From positions 16,779-80,778 of the forward strand of contig CAYTED010000007.1 in NCBI GenBank assembly GCA_964436855.1: a DNA stretch of 64,000 nucleotides, given 5' to 3'. How positions within the stretch are numbered: the first letter of the stretch is position 1; the number at the start of each line of letters is the position of its first letter. Under the pieces are notes generated by a model. It did not search any database. It worked only from the letters and a program-made list of their open reading frames with translations, and was not told the origin of the DNA. A program made the translations under genes and the position numbers. Source of the stretch: an uncultured Bdellovibrionales bacterium (GTDB lineage Bacteria > Patescibacteriota > Minisyncoccia > Moranbacterales > UBA1568). Below, piece after piece: positions 8,290-18,595 of the stretch.

Positions 8290-10700
8290 AATACGATTGA
8301 TACTTTTTCAACGTTTCTTAGTGTATCAGAAACTCCCCGATCCGTCTCCTTATCGTCCGAAGAAATATGCGCGAATTGGAAAAAAAGCACCCCAAAAAGA
8401 ATGATCATTCCTATTGGAGCGATCATTGATATCCAGTTCTTCTTTCCGGGTCGAAAGAATCGGAGTAAGAGCGAGTTTCCTACAACTGAAATTGAGGAGA
8501 GCGCCATCGCGAGTCCGGCGAGCTCCGGCCTCAGCACCAATCCATACTCGGCAAAGAGCCGTGCTGCGATCGGAATGCCCATCACATTGTAGAACAGTGC
8601 AAAAAACAGATTCTGCCGAATTTTCCCCATGGTTTCGCGAGAGAGCTCAAAAGCAACGACGACATCACGGAGATCGTTTTTAACAAGCACAATGCCCCCT
8701 GCTTCCATGGCAACATCCGTCCCGCTTCCAAGAACAATCCCCAAATCGGCCTGCGCGAGTGCCGGAGCATCATTGACGCCATCCCCTACCATCGCCACCT
8801 TTTTTGACCCATTCTTCTGAAGCTCTTTTACTTTGGCCGCCTTGTCCTGTGGCAATACTTCCGAAAGCACGTGATCAATCCCCAGTTCTTTCGCGATATA
8901 GGCGGCTGTCCTTGCATTGTCTCCCGTGATCATCCACACCTCGATACCGCGCTGCTTCAGACGATTCACTGCTTCTTTGGATGTCTCTTTGATCGTATCA
9001 GCCACAGCAATTATCAGTACCGGCTCTGTATCTTCGACAAGAATCATTACGGTTTTTCCCGCCTCCTCCCATTCTTTTGCCTGTCCGACGACCTCTTTAA
9101 AAGCATTTTCGGTGAGCATCTCTTTGGCAAATGCCTGATTCCCGAGTCGGTATCGCTTCCCATTAACTCCTCCTTCGACGCCTCGGCCTGCGATCGCCTG
9201 AAACTCACTCACCGGAAGAAGCGGTAAGGATTGCTTTTCTGCGTGACGGAAAATCGCCTCTCCCAATGGATGCTCCGAATATCGCTCCAGGCTCGCAGCA
9301 AGAGAAAAAAGCGCTTTCGCATCTCGATCGTCAAGGGAAATCATATCCGTTACTTCCGGTTTTCCGACCGTGAGCGTTCCTGTTTTGTCAAAGACAATGG
9401 TATCAATTGATTCGGTTGCCTCAAGCGGTTCTCCTCCCTTGATAAGAATTCCCTGCTCGGCTCCTCGACCCGTTCCCACGAGAAGCGCCGTCGGGGTCGC
9501 AAGCCCGAGCGCACACGGGCACGCAATCACAATGACCGAAGTGAAAGCCATAATGGCAAATGAAAAGGACGCGCCCAAAGCAGCGTACCAGACAAGAAAC
9601 GTGAGCCCTGCTAAACCGATCACGGACGGTACAAACCACGACGACACTCGATCTGCAAAGCCCTGTATCGGCGCTTTGGACCCTTGTGCCTCTTCGATCA
9701 AGCGAACGATATTTGCGAGTAGCGTTTCGCTTCCCACTCGAGTGGCACGGAACTCAAAACTTCCAAAAGCATTGATCGTCCCCCCGGTTACGGCATCTCC
9801 CGGTTTTTTCTCAACCGGCAAACTCTCACCGGTAATCATCGACTCATCAATAGACGAATTCCCCTGAGTTATAATCCCGTCGACCGGTACTCGCTCTCCC
9901 GGACGCACCAAAACAATATCGTCATGCGTTACCGATTCAATAGGAATATCCTCGACCACGCCATTGCGAGATACGCGGGCATCCTTGGGAGCAAGCTGGA
10001 CGAGACGCTCGATAGCATCCGACGTTCTCCCTTTCGCTCTCGCCTCAAGCCATTTTCCGAGCAAAACGAAGGTAATGAGAAATACCGCAGTTTCAAAATA
10101 AAGTTCCGGAATTTTTTCTCCATTGATGCCAAATAAAGAATGGTGCTCTGCGACAAAAAAACCATATTGAAAAAGACTATACAGAAATGCGGTCGTTGTC
10201 CCAATGGCAATCAGCGCATCCATATTGAATGACCGGGCCCGCAGTGCCGCCCACATCCCCCGATAAAACCCCGCACCAAGTACGAGCTGTACCGGAAGAG
10301 CAAGGAGGAGTGAGAGAAACCCCATCAATGGCATTATCAAGCCCCTTCCGGGAAGCGGAAAGAAATCAAGTAACATAAAGTACAATAGTGGAAGGGAGAA
10401 GAAAAATCCCAAAAGACATTTCTTTCGATACTCCGCCACGTTTTGCTCCCTTCTTTTTTGTTCAAAATTCGTATCGCTTTCTTTTTTTTCTGCCGCACCA
10501 TATCCGGCTTTTTTCACTACATCAATAAGTTCTTGCATCCCTACATGCTCTGAGTCAAAAGCAATCGTCGCTTTTTCAATCGCAAAATTAACATTTGCTT
10601 CTTGCACTCCAGAAACTTTCCGCAGTGATCGTTCAATAATCTGCGCGCACGACGCGCAGTGCATTCCGGTGATACTGAAAAACGCTTTTTCTCTTTTCAT
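8286..10700 (-). CDS. copA: Copper-translocating P1B-type ATPase
   Basis: 804 aa; N-terminal [12 protein letters not shown]; CPC motif [12 protein letters not shown]; DKTGTLT phosphorylation site; [10 protein letters not shown]. Start overlaps the PPIase gene by 4 nt. Confidence 0.95.
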   Translation of the reverse strand: MKREKAFFSITGMHCASCAQIIERSLRKVSGVQEANVNFAIEKATIAFDSEHVGMQELIDVVKKAGYGAAEKKESDTNFEQKRREQNVAEYRKKCLLGFFFSLPLLYFMLLDFFPLPGRGLIMPLMGFLSLLLALPVQLVLGAGFYRGMWAALRARSFNMDALIAIGTTTAFLYSLFQYGFFVAEHHSLFGINGEKIPELYFETAVFLITFVLLGKWLEARAKGRTSDAIERLVQLAPKDARVSRNGVVEDIPIESVTHDDIVLVRPGERVPVDGIITQGNSSIDESMITGESLPVEKKPGDAVTGGTINAFGSFEFRATRVGSETLLANIVRLIEEAQGSKAPIQGFADRVSSWFVPSVIGLAGLTFLVWYAALGASFSFAIMAFTSVIVIACPCALGLATPTALLVGTGRGAEQGILIKGGEPLEATESIDTIVFDKTGTLTVGKPEVTDMISLDDRDAKALFSLAASLERYSEHPLGEAIFRHAEKQSLPLLPVSEFQAIAGRGVEGGVNGKRYRLGNQAFAKEMLTENAFKEVVGQAKEWEEAGKTVMILVEDTEPVLIIAVADTIKETSKEAVNRLKQRGIEVWMITGDNARTAAYIAKELGIDHVLSEVLPQDKAAKVKELQKNGSKKVAMVGDGVNDAPALAQADLGIVLGSGTDVAMEAGGIVLVKNDLRDVVVAFELSRETMGKIRQNLFFALFYNVMGIPIAARLFAEYGLVLRPELAGLAMALSSISVVGNSLLLRFFRPGKKNWISMIAPIGMIILFGVLFFQFAHISSDDKETDRGVSDTLRNVEKVSIVL

Positions 10701-10756
10701 AACTTTTTTATAAAAACTTGAGTGGAAAGCAGAAGAGAAAACAAAAACTCATACAG

Positions 10757-12103
10757 TTATTCCACCACTTCTATCACCCCCCGATACATCCCCATAGAAC
10801 AAGAGAAAGGGATATCGCCACTTTCTTTTGGTGTAAATTCAAACACATTTTCCCCTGGTTTCAAGGTTTTTCGGATACCTGCTTTCGGAACCGTAAAGCT
10901 CGCCGCACAACTGTATGATTCCTCCGAATCGACGATGAGCCTCACCGGTTCGCCCTTCTTCACGGTAATCCGATTCGGAAAGTATCCATTTACCTTTTGC
11001 GTGATGCGCACCACCTGCACTTCTTTACTTGACCCGTTCGACCCTTCACCGGATACAATCGAAGAAGCCGTCGATCCGAGCTTCACGAGCGCAAGGCCGT
11101 TTTCGAAATTAAAGAGACCAAGTGCAATGACGACAATACCCGCTACCTTGAAAAAGAATCGCCGAAATCCACCCTTCGCCGCCGCCGAAATTCCTCCGAT
11201 ACCAAGCAATCCGGGTGCCGTTCCAAGTGCAAAGGTTCCCATCGTGATCGCTCCGACAAACGGACTCCCTTGCGTAACGACAAAGAGCTGTACCGCCTGC
11301 GTAAACCCGCATGGCAGAAAAAAGGTGGCCGCACCAAGCAGCATCGCACGACTATGGCTGTATTCTTTTTTCGTGTGCGATTGAATGCCGAGTACTTTCG
11401 CAATCCCCTTCGGAAGCATTAATTTCCACGATGAAAGTCGCGGAAACAATTCGAGGAGTTGTATTCCAATCAGAACCATCACCACTCCAACGAGAATCGT
11501 GAGTGTTCCAATCGAGAACGATGAGAGTTGAAATGTCGATCCAAGCGCGCCAAGCACTCCACCAAACACTGCAAATCCTCCTATGCGACCGAGATTGAAA
11601 TACACGTTCGGAAGAAATTTTTGTCGGATACTCGCTTCCGGATGAAGCTCACTAAACCGTGCCGATACCGCAAGCACCATTCCACCCACAATCGCCATGC
11701 ACGTCGAAAGTCCGGCGACAATCCCTAAGAGAAGCACAAACGGAAGACTCGAAAAATTTTCCGTCGAGTTCGCTCCAAGGGAAAGATTAAATAGCCCAAA
11801 CCACTGCGCGAGCACAAAAAGAACAAAAACAATACCCCCTGCAAAAAGCGCTTCGACCCACTGTGAAATATCTTGCGAAAACCACGAGCGATTTTCCGTA
11901 CCGATATCGTACCCGGCTTTTCGAAGAGCCGACTTCAAAGACGCCTCGTTTGGCTCATCCCCTTCATAAAAAACCTCCGCCACTCCCTTACGAAAATTTG
12001 TCTTTACTTTGGCAACGCCCGAAACGCGACTCAATTCCTCCTCTGTGAGAATTTCACAAGATTTACAATGCATCCCGCGAATAAAAATCTGTTTTTTCTG
12101 CAT
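10757..12103 (-). CDS. HMA-domain membrane protein: HMA + multi-TM TauE/SafE-like permease + C-terminal cupredoxin-like domain
   Basis: N-terminus GMHCKSCE (HMA); central region of ~8 predicted TM helices, Gly-rich; C-terminus VVRITQKVNGYFPNRITVKKGEPVRLIV...YSCAASFTVP...FSCSMGMYRGVIEVVE (beta-sandwich, Cys/Met-containing). Family assignment is an inference. Confidence 0.65.
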   Translation of the reverse strand: MQKKQIFIRGMHCKSCEILTEEELSRVSGVAKVKTNFRKGVAEVFYEGDEPNEASLKSALRKAGYDIGTENRSWFSQDISQWVEALFAGGIVFVLFVLAQWFGLFNLSLGANSTENFSSLPFVLLLGIVAGLSTCMAIVGGMVLAVSARFSELHPEASIRQKFLPNVYFNLGRIGGFAVFGGVLGALGSTFQLSSFSIGTLTILVGVVMVLIGIQLLELFPRLSSWKLMLPKGIAKVLGIQSHTKKEYSHSRAMLLGAATFFLPCGFTQAVQLFVVTQGSPFVGAITMGTFALGTAPGLLGIGGISAAAKGGFRRFFFKVAGIVVIALGLFNFENGLALVKLGSTASSIVSGEGSNGSSKEVQVVRITQKVNGYFPNRITVKKGEPVRLIVDSEESYSCAASFTVPKAGIRKTLKPGENVFEFTPKESGDIPFSCSMGMYRGVIEVVE

Positions 12104-12105
12104 AG

Positions 12106-12375
12106 TTATTTCCCGTTTAGCTTTGTTACTTGAAGAATCTCTTTAATCACTTCTTTCTTTTTCTTTTCACTTCCGGACTCCATCACACTCTTGAAACAGT
12201 GGTTCAGGTGCCGCTCCAGAAGTTCTCCGTTCGCCGATTTGAGAAGGCCGATCGCCGCAAGATTCTGTTGCATAATATCGATACAGTACGCATCGCTCTC
12301 AATCATCGCAATGATTTTCCCGAGAAGCGAATGCGCTTTTTTATACCGAACGAGTAGATGTTTTTTCTCCTGCAT
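12106..12375 (-). CDS. csoR: CsoR/RcnR-family metal-sensing repressor
   Basis: 89 aa; CsoR family signature C-x-H-x-C geometry (YCIDIMQQ...H...C) and four-helix length; first gene of the copper operon. Confidence 0.85.
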   Translation of the reverse strand: MQEKKHLLVRYKKAHSLLGKIIAMIESDAYCIDIMQQNLAAIGLLKSANGELLERHLNHCFKSVMESGSEKKKKEVIKEILQVTKLNGK

Positions 12376-12407
12376 ATCCTCTTCTTAAATGAATGATTTG
12401 TTTTTCT

Positions 12408-12435
12408 ATTATACCTCCCCCATAGGTATCGTCAA
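12408..12435 (-). promoter_or_regulatory. csoR operon promoter (TTGACG - 16 nt - TATAAT) with embedded GC-rich pseudo-palindrome (candidate CsoR operator)
   Basis: Minus strand ttgacg-atacctatgggggaggtat-aat; inverted repeat ATACC...GGTAT around a G-tract, like described CsoR operators. Confidence 0.45.
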
Positions 12436-12480
12436 GAACAAAAAATCGCCCCTGTCGGAGCGATTGATAATTGAGATACG

Positions 12481-13182
12481 TTATAACTGCGTATGATCCG
12501 CCGTACTCTCTTCAAATTTTCGATAATAATATCCGACATCCGCAATCCACTTCTCGACGCTTTTCTCGCTGTGCCCATCGCACGAGTAGCCGCACTTCCA
12601 GACTACCATTTCTCGCGGCGTCACACGCTCGTATTCGTACACGAGCCGCTTGATCCGTTTCGAGATCGTATTCACCGCATCGGTACGATTATCAAAACAA
12701 GTATGCCCGCCTGTTCCCATACGCTCCCGTTCCGCCCGAAATCCCCAATAATTATAACAGTCCGATCCATCAAGCTTCGGCGAACGTTTTCCCCAGTTTG
12801 ATTCTTTTTTGGCGATGCTGATAATGTATGCCGCCACCATAGGATCTTGCCTCGCAATTTGAGACGCCATAGACGCTATCGGGTATCCCTTAACCATCTT
12901 CTCGATCTTTCGCTCAAAAGAAGTTTTCATCGGGATTGGTTCGGGAATCTGGGAGAGGAGACGATCATTTTCATTGATCGCAAAAAAGAGAACTCCCAAA
13001 CAAAAAGCGACTGAAAGCAAAATGACAAAATGGGCTCCGGTTGCTATTTTCGGCTCTTCCAATGCATTCCACGATGAAATATCTGGCATATGCGCTCGGA
13101 ATCCCTTTTGCAGAAATTTTGGTTTTTTGAGTCTCTTTTTCATACATTTTCCCCTAAAAAAAGCAAAAAAGCTGGTTTTCAC
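12481..13182 (-). CDS. Membrane-anchored glucosaminidase-like (FlgJ-type peptidoglycan hydrolase) domain protein
   Basis: TM helix; IAKKESNWGK...NYWGFRA resembles the glucosaminidase ESGWGK...NLFGIKA motifs. Weak, motif-level only. Confidence 0.45.
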   Translation of the reverse strand: MKTSFFAFFRGKCMKKRLKKPKFLQKGFRAHMPDISSWNALEEPKIATGAHFVILLSVAFCLGVLFFAINENDRLLSQIPEPIPMKTSFERKIEKMVKGYPIASMASQIARQDPMVAAYIISIAKKESNWGKRSPKLDGSDCYNYWGFRAERERMGTGGHTCFDNRTDAVNTISKRIKRLVYEYERVTPREMVVWKCGYSCDGHSEKSVEKWIADVGYYYRKFEESTADHTQL

Positions 13183-13257
13183 CCGCTTTTTTGTCCGTCT
13201 TTTCAGTTGATATATCCAGTATAGCAGTTTTTTTCGAGAAAATCAAGTATGTGTATC

Positions 13258-13779
13258 CTATTCGGACCATTGCTTTCGGATCGTCTTCCGTCCCATTGGC
13301 AGAAGAAAAAAGAAAGAAACGGAAAGAATAAGCAAGATGACATTCGGATAAAATATGTACGGATGCCCCCAGCTCACGCCATCAAAAGTATAGCTTGAGA
13401 TCGGCCAAAGAAACGGGGTCGGGAAAAACTTGGCATCGTGAAAGGGAATATCGAGGAGAATATGAAATCCCCATGCTCCGAGTGGCCAAAACATTTTTTC
13501 CCGAAAATAATAAAAAAGAAAAACGACTCCCAAAAAAATAATGAGGCTGTGAGTGATATCGTAGGCAATATGAGTAAAAAATGGGATTTCCAGCGATTCC
13601 GGATGCCGCCCGGACGACCAATCGGGATGTGGGAAAATCCCGAGCCATGTCCCCACAATATACGGACCGAATGAAAAAACATCGGGCGCCATCCCAATAA
13701 ACAGCGACCAAAAAAACGCCTCTTTGTCCGATCGCCCAAAAAGCACCGATCCCCACAGGCCATGCGAGATAAAGTCCAT
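13258..13779 (-). CDS. Membrane-bound metal-dependent hydrolase-like protein (YdjM/DUF457-like)
   Basis: 173 aa, about 4 TM helices, conserved His/Asp in loops (HGLWG, HIAYDITH, HILLD). Confidence 0.55.
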   Translation of the reverse strand: MDFISHGLWGSVLFGRSDKEAFFWSLFIGMAPDVFSFGPYIVGTWLGIFPHPDWSSGRHPESLEIPFFTHIAYDITHSLIIFLGVVFLFYYFREKMFWPLGAWGFHILLDIPFHDAKFFPTPFLWPISSYTFDGVSWGHPYIFYPNVILLILSVSFFFLLPMGRKTIRKQWSE

Positions 13780-13788
13780 AGTTTTCGT

Positions 13789-14028
13789 TTATGAGCCCGG
13801 GCTGTGCCGCTGAAGATAGGAAACGATATCGCCTACAGTTTCGATATGGATCAAATCCTCGTATTTCGCCCTCATCCCGAATTCTTTCTCAAATCGAGTT
13901 ACTATGGAAAAAAGACAGATGGAATCATCCGCGAGATCTTCGATTTTATCATTTATGCCAATGGATGCTTCCGACCTCCCGGTTTCCTCGGCAATCAGTG
14001 CGATAACTTTTTCATTGAGTGTATCCAT
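13789..14028 (-). CDS. Acyl carrier protein
   Basis: 79 aa; ACP fold length; DLADDSI motif with Ser for 4'-phosphopantetheine attachment. Confidence 0.75.
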   Translation of the reverse strand: MDTLNEKVIALIAEETGRSEASIGINDKIEDLADDSICLFSIVTRFEKEFGMRAKYEDLIHIETVGDIVSYLQRHSPGS

Positions 14029-14040
14029 ACACGAAGAGCA

Positions 14041-14610
14041 TTATTCGATTGTGAGAATAACGGCGACATACCCCTTTTTCTCTGCGAGAATTATACGCCC
14101 TTTTCCGGAAATTCCAAGGAGACCGTATACCCGCACCGATCGACGTTTCCAATCAATCGCGCAATGAACTTTTTTCGGATGAATCCGCAGCCCGACTCCG
14201 ATCATCTTGAGAAACGCTTCTTTTGCGCACCAATATGCCGTAATCCGGATATCGCGTTCTCTTCCGAAAACAGAACGCATCTCTCTTTGTTCAATCGGAG
14301 TCAGAAAACTCTCTCCCCATTCCTTATCATAGAATCGAATGTATTCAACATCCGCCCCGATAGGCACCGAGGATCGCGCAGCAAGACCGACTCCTTTTGT
14401 GTGGCTGATACTTACGAATATAGCGGGGATAAAAAACTTCGTGCGAGAAACGATCGTCGGCCTTCCATACGACGATCTAAAAATACCATAACCATCCCTG
14501 TCATATGAAGTAAAAAGTCGCCTGAAGGCGAATTCTTTTACTCGGCTTCCTTCTTTTTTCGAAGGATGACGATCCGGATTCTTCTTGTCTTGAATAATGA
14601 CAAATCGCAT
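14041..14610 (-). CDS. 4'-phosphopantetheinyl transferase (Sfp/EntD type)
   Basis: SISHTKG...GADVE...WCAKEAFLKMIG are PPTase motifs (GxD, WxxKEAxxK). Confidence 0.75.
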   Translation of the reverse strand: MRFVIIQDKKNPDRHPSKKEGSRVKEFAFRRLFTSYDRDGYGIFRSSYGRPTIVSRTKFFIPAIFVSISHTKGVGLAARSSVPIGADVEYIRFYDKEWGESFLTPIEQREMRSVFGRERDIRITAYWCAKEAFLKMIGVGLRIHPKKVHCAIDWKRRSVRVYGLLGISGKGRIILAEKKGYVAVILTIE

Positions 14611-14621
14611 TCAAAGAAGTA

Positions 14622-15287
14622 TTACGTCACATCGAACAATGATCGCATCTTCGAGGCGGTTATCTTTTCACCACCCCTCAATTCCAAAACCTCACCGAAA
14701 CGAAGACTATTGCTCATTCGAAACAGCGCTCGAAACGACCGCTCCAGGCCGTCAATCTGCACCACAACCACCTTTCGCCCCGGACCGACGAAAAATTCGA
14801 TTCCCCGCTTAAATTCACCCATTTGATTCCGGCAGATTTTTCCTTCCGGAAAGAGAAAGACCGTCGTTCTCTCATCAAGAAGCTCTTTCGTTCGCAGAAG
14901 CCCGAGCATCTTTTCCCGTGGCGTCGCCCCGATGTCGTACGAGCCAAGCAATCGGAGAGCAGGGCGCAGCCATTTTTTTTCCATAAAGTCATTGTCCGTC
15001 GGAAATCGAATCGGGAGAAGCTTGAGAAAGACCGGAAATGGCAGATACGCCAATACAACAAACGGGTCAATCTTCGATCGATGATTTGAGATGAGAAGCG
15101 ACCCTCGTTCAAGAGAATGAATATTTTCCGGAAGCGTCCGCTTTGCCAAATAAAAAAACCGGAGCGGTACTACCGAAATCAGATAGGCTCCAACTTGAGT
15201 GAGACTCAATAAGATATCCTTCGAGATTCTCTTTGTTTTTTTTCGCCATCTCATACACAACATGCTCTTTTTCCTTTTCTCTTCCAT
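14622..15287 (-). CDS. Lysophospholipid/1-acyl-glycerol-3-phosphate acyltransferase family protein (PlsC/OlsA-like)
   Basis: H(X)4D motif NHRSKIDP; FPEGKICRNQ (FPEG motif); N-terminal TM. Confidence 0.8.
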   Translation of the reverse strand: MEEKRKKSMLCMRWRKKTKRISKDILLSLTQVGAYLISVVPLRFFYLAKRTLPENIHSLERGSLLISNHRSKIDPFVVLAYLPFPVFLKLLPIRFPTDNDFMEKKWLRPALRLLGSYDIGATPREKMLGLLRTKELLDERTTVFLFPEGKICRNQMGEFKRGIEFFVGPGRKVVVVQIDGLERSFRALFRMSNSLRFGEVLELRGGEKITASKMRSLFDVT

Positions 15288-15388
15288 ACTACTTTATTAT
15301 ACAAGACAGCCTCACAAAGGCACAATATCGTTTTTTACAAGCGTTTTTGCTAAAATATCCTTTCCATCATAAAATCTTTACAAAGCCT

Positions 15389-16030
15389 ATGAAAAACGTC
15401 GACATTTTTCTTGCGACACAGAAAGAGGATTTTTCCTCCGCGTGGTCGCTTGTTGAAGGAGAGTTCCGAAAAAGTAAGTATATTACAGAAAGTGAACACC
15501 TCACTCCTATTCATGAGGAATATCCGCTCTCAAAGACTTTTATTATCAAAAATCCGACAGGCGAAGTCGTCGCAACGATTTCGTATATTCCCGATTCTGA
15601 TCACGGTCTTCCGCTTGATTCGTGTTTTCGAGATGAATTTACCGAGGCCGTTCGATCCAAAAATCTTCGTCTGGCGGAAATAAGTCGTCTCGCCGTTCAT
15701 CCTGATTATCGTTCACCGCTCAATGCTTTTCTTCCGGCGCTCTATAGTGTTGTACTGGCATATGGTGTGTTTGATCGGTGCGATGCGTTTGGTCTGACAG
15801 TGAACCCCAAACACTCTCTTCTCTATGACCGGTTTGGATTTTCATCGATCGGCGAAGAGAAAATGTACACGTTTTTTCATAATGTCCCCTCTCAAGCGAA
15901 GCTTCTTTTTCTTGATGAGAGCGTTAAAAGCGGTAAACGCGTACCATTTTTTATGAAAAGTCCTGATCCGAGTATCTTTACCGAAGCGTTTCTCTCCGGA
16001 AAAGAGCCTCATGCCTATTCCTTGTTCTAA
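15389..16030 (+). CDS. GNAT-fold N-acyl amino acid synthase-like protein (FeeM/OlsB family)
   Basis: The ~210-aa region from MKNVDIF... has the Acetyltransf_5-like pattern (AEISRLAVHPDYRS...). ORF-track start 15233 is probably an N-terminal over-extension; ATG at 15389 chosen. Confidence 0.6.
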   Translation: MKNVDIFLATQKEDFSSAWSLVEGEFRKSKYITESEHLTPIHEEYPLSKTFIIKNPTGEVVATISYIPDSDHGLPLDSCFRDEFTEAVRSKNLRLAEISRLAVHPDYRSPLNAFLPALYSVVLAYGVFDRCDAFGLTVNPKHSLLYDRFGFSSIGEEKMYTFFHNVPSQAKLLFLDESVKSGKRVPFFMKSPDPSIFTEAFLSGKEPHAYSLF

Positions 16031-16051
16031 AGCAGCGTTATCCAGTACCAT

Positions 16052-16792
16052 ATGTCGCTCAGCATGTTTGTCATCATCTTTGCGATTTTATTGATTCTTC
16101 TCTCTGAGGGAGTGAGGCTTTTTTTCCGGTGGCGTATTTCGCATCATATCGGCAATAAGGCTCGGCCTTTTGAGAGAAAGGACGCCTCACTTCCCTTTTC
16201 TCTGCTTATTCTCGGCGATAGCACGGCCTATGGAACGGGCGTCGACAATCCCACTCAATCTCTCGGAGGGAAAATCGGCGCATCTTTTCCTCATGTGGCG
16301 ATCTGGAATCGAGCGAAAAACGCCCTCTCTCTGAATGATCTCCCTTCAACTATAGATACCATTGCTTCTGAAAAAGGTCGTTTTGATGGCATCCTTATTG
16401 TTATTGGAGGGATCGACATGCTTCGTCTCACCCCTCCTTCGGTAGCGAGAAAAAAACTCCTCAGAACTCTTCGTATGGCAAAAAAGCTTTCTCCACACAT
16501 TGTCTTGGCACTTTCAAGCAATATTCGTTCGGCGACTTTTTTCCGCTTTCCTCTCAATCGAATTTTTGAATATGAACACCGTTCATTGGAAACCCTCTAC
16601 GGTCAAATAGCTCAGGAAGAACATATCGCGTATGTCTCCTTGTATGAACCAATTGATACTTGTCCATTCGCCAAAAATCCGGAAAAACTCTATGCTAATG
16701 ATGGGCTTCACCCAAATCACCTCGGATACGAAATTTGGTTCGAAAAAATAAAAGAACCACTGAAAAAGATTTTTCCTTCGAATATTTCATAA
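16052..16792 (+). CDS. SGNH/GDSL hydrolase (membrane-anchored)
   Basis: N-terminal TM; block I LILGDSTAYGTG; block V DGLHPNHLGY. Confidence 0.8.
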   Translation: MSLSMFVIIFAILLILLSEGVRLFFRWRISHHIGNKARPFERKDASLPFSLLILGDSTAYGTGVDNPTQSLGGKIGASFPHVAIWNRAKNALSLNDLPSTIDTIASEKGRFDGILIVIGGIDMLRLTPPSVARKKLLRTLRMAKKLSPHIVLALSSNIRSATFFRFPLNRIFEYEHRSLETLYGQIAQEEHIAYVSLYEPIDTCPFAKNPEKLYANDGLHPNHLGYEIWFEKIKEPLKKIFPSNIS

Positions 16793-16851
16793 ATGCCGTA
16801 TCACTCAGAAAAAATTTCTCCATTCCTCTTTTGTTCTTCACACTTCCTCGT

Positions 16852-17658
16852 ATGAGTTTTTTTGATATTTTACTCGAAAACTTTCTTTCTTTCGGAATTC
16901 TCCAGTGGATTGGATTCATCCTTATTTATTTTATTGTTGTTACCGTCCTCCGAATGATTTTTCTCCTCCTGATCAATCGGCATGTGTCGAGTCATGCCTT
17001 GCGCTATTCTCAGCCATTTCGAGGCGGGAAAAAGATTCTTGTTCTTGGTGATAGTATCGCCGTGGGAGCCGGTGCCGAAAAACCGGAACTCTCTATCGCC
17101 GGGAGACTCGGTCATGATCTCCCCACTTGCGAAATCCGAAACTTGGCCACTAACGGCGCACGTACTGTGGATGTTATTAAACAGCTGGAGCAAATAAAAA
17201 ATGAGACTTTTGACCTTATTATCATTTGCGTCGGAGGGAATGATATCTTTCAATTCACCCCTGTTCAGTCACTCCAAAAACCCCTCATATTGCTCACCGA
17301 TGAAGCCAATCGCTTGAGCGGAAATCAAACTATCTTCCTCGTCTATTCCAATATTGCTTTCGCACCTCTTTTCCCTGGATATTTTCGTCGTTTTTTGCAA
17401 AATCGAAACGAAAAAATCCTAAGTCTTTTTATGCACATTACCGGGGAGCGAGGAGCTTTTGCAATTGACTGCAGTCTCAGATGGAACCTCCACGAAACAA
17501 AAAAAGGCTCCCTGCGTTACTTTGCGGCAGATAAACTTCACCCAAGCGCGCTCGCGTATCAACAATGGTACAAAAAAATTTGGAAATATATTGCCAAAGA
17601 CAATCTCACTTGCGATATCGCCGATCGCCCCACCTACGCCCTTCAAGAAAAAAGCTAA
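16852..17658 (+). CDS. SGNH/GDSL hydrolase (membrane-anchored), paralog
   Basis: ILVLGDSIAVGAGA (GDS block); DKLHPSALAY (DxxH block). Start moved to ATG 16852 to avoid overlap with the upstream gene. Confidence 0.8.
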   Translation: MSFFDILLENFLSFGILQWIGFILIYFIVVTVLRMIFLLLINRHVSSHALRYSQPFRGGKKILVLGDSIAVGAGAEKPELSIAGRLGHDLPTCEIRNLATNGARTVDVIKQLEQIKNETFDLIIICVGGNDIFQFTPVQSLQKPLILLTDEANRLSGNQTIFLVYSNIAFAPLFPGYFRRFLQNRNEKILSLFMHITGERGAFAIDCSLRWNLHETKKGSLRYFAADKLHPSALAYQQWYKKIWKYIAKDNLTCDIADRPTYALQEKS

Positions 17659-17710
17659 GAGCTGCCTCTCGCTTTTCTTCTTCACAAACCAAAAAAATAT
17701 TTTTTCTCTT

Positions 17711-18595
17711 TTACTTTTTCGATGCCTTTCCGATTTTTCGTAAAAGAAAGAGTGCGACTTTCAATTTGATACGCTGTAACCATCCGCGATTTCCGAATGG
17801 CAGGTACGGTTTTTTGAGTTTTCCAACATATGGGTCAAAATGCAGTGATCGAGGAACTCTCGGGACACCCTCTTTCTTGAGCAAGAGTTTTACCACAAAG
17901 GTAAGCACTAGTCCTGCGGCAAAAAATGTCCCGATGACAAGAGAGGCGCCGGATTTTCCTTTAAAATCGACCTTATCTGGATGAAAATACGTTCGTTGCA
18001 ATAAACTCGGTGTCAGTCCAATGCCAAATTTCATGGCCATCATTTCTTCCGACATACCGTCTTGTATATCGAAGTATTCATCAAATGACATCCCTTTCGG
18101 ATCAAACACAAGCGATGCTGAACCAAATCCGATCGGCCCCGCACTGACAACAAATATCCCTTGCTTCCTCGCCTCTCCATAAAAAATGCGCCGCACTTCC
18201 GGCGAAAAGAAATCAATTCCATCTACCGCAATATCCGCTCCCGAAAGAAACGCCTCTACATTCCCCTCATCAATGGCAGGAAACACCTCCACCCGAGCAT
18301 ACGGGTTGATATCGAGAATCATCTTCTTCAGTGTTTCGGCTTTTGATTTTCCGATTGACTGCATGGTCGCTCCTATTTGTCGATTGAAATTTGCGAGTTC
18401 AAACGTATCCGGATCGGCAATGCGAAATCCACCGATTCCAAGTCTCGCCAAACCGACGACCTCAATCCCGCCGACCCCGCCCATTCCGGCGACAACGACC
18501 GTCGACTGTCGAAGTTTTTCTTGTTCTTTTTTTGAAAGTAGTCCGATATTTCGTGAGAAAGCTTCTCCAAAAAATTGTTGCTCGTTTATTTCCAT
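17711..18595 (-). CDS. ThiF/MoeB/HesA-family E1-like adenylyltransferase
   Basis: VVVAGMGGVGG Rossmann motif; E1-like fold length; no Zn CxxC; C-terminal TM-like helix. Confidence 0.8.
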   Translation of the reverse strand: MEINEQQFFGEAFSRNIGLLSKKEQEKLRQSTVVVAGMGGVGGIEVVGLARLGIGGFRIADPDTFELANFNRQIGATMQSIGKSKAETLKKMILDINPYARVEVFPAIDEGNVEAFLSGADIAVDGIDFFSPEVRRIFYGEARKQGIFVVSAGPIGFGSASLVFDPKGMSFDEYFDIQDGMSEEMMAMKFGIGLTPSLLQRTYFHPDKVDFKGKSGASLVIGTFFAAGLVLTFVVKLLLKKEGVPRVPRSLHFDPYVGKLKKPYLPFGNRGWLQRIKLKVALFLLRKIGKASKK

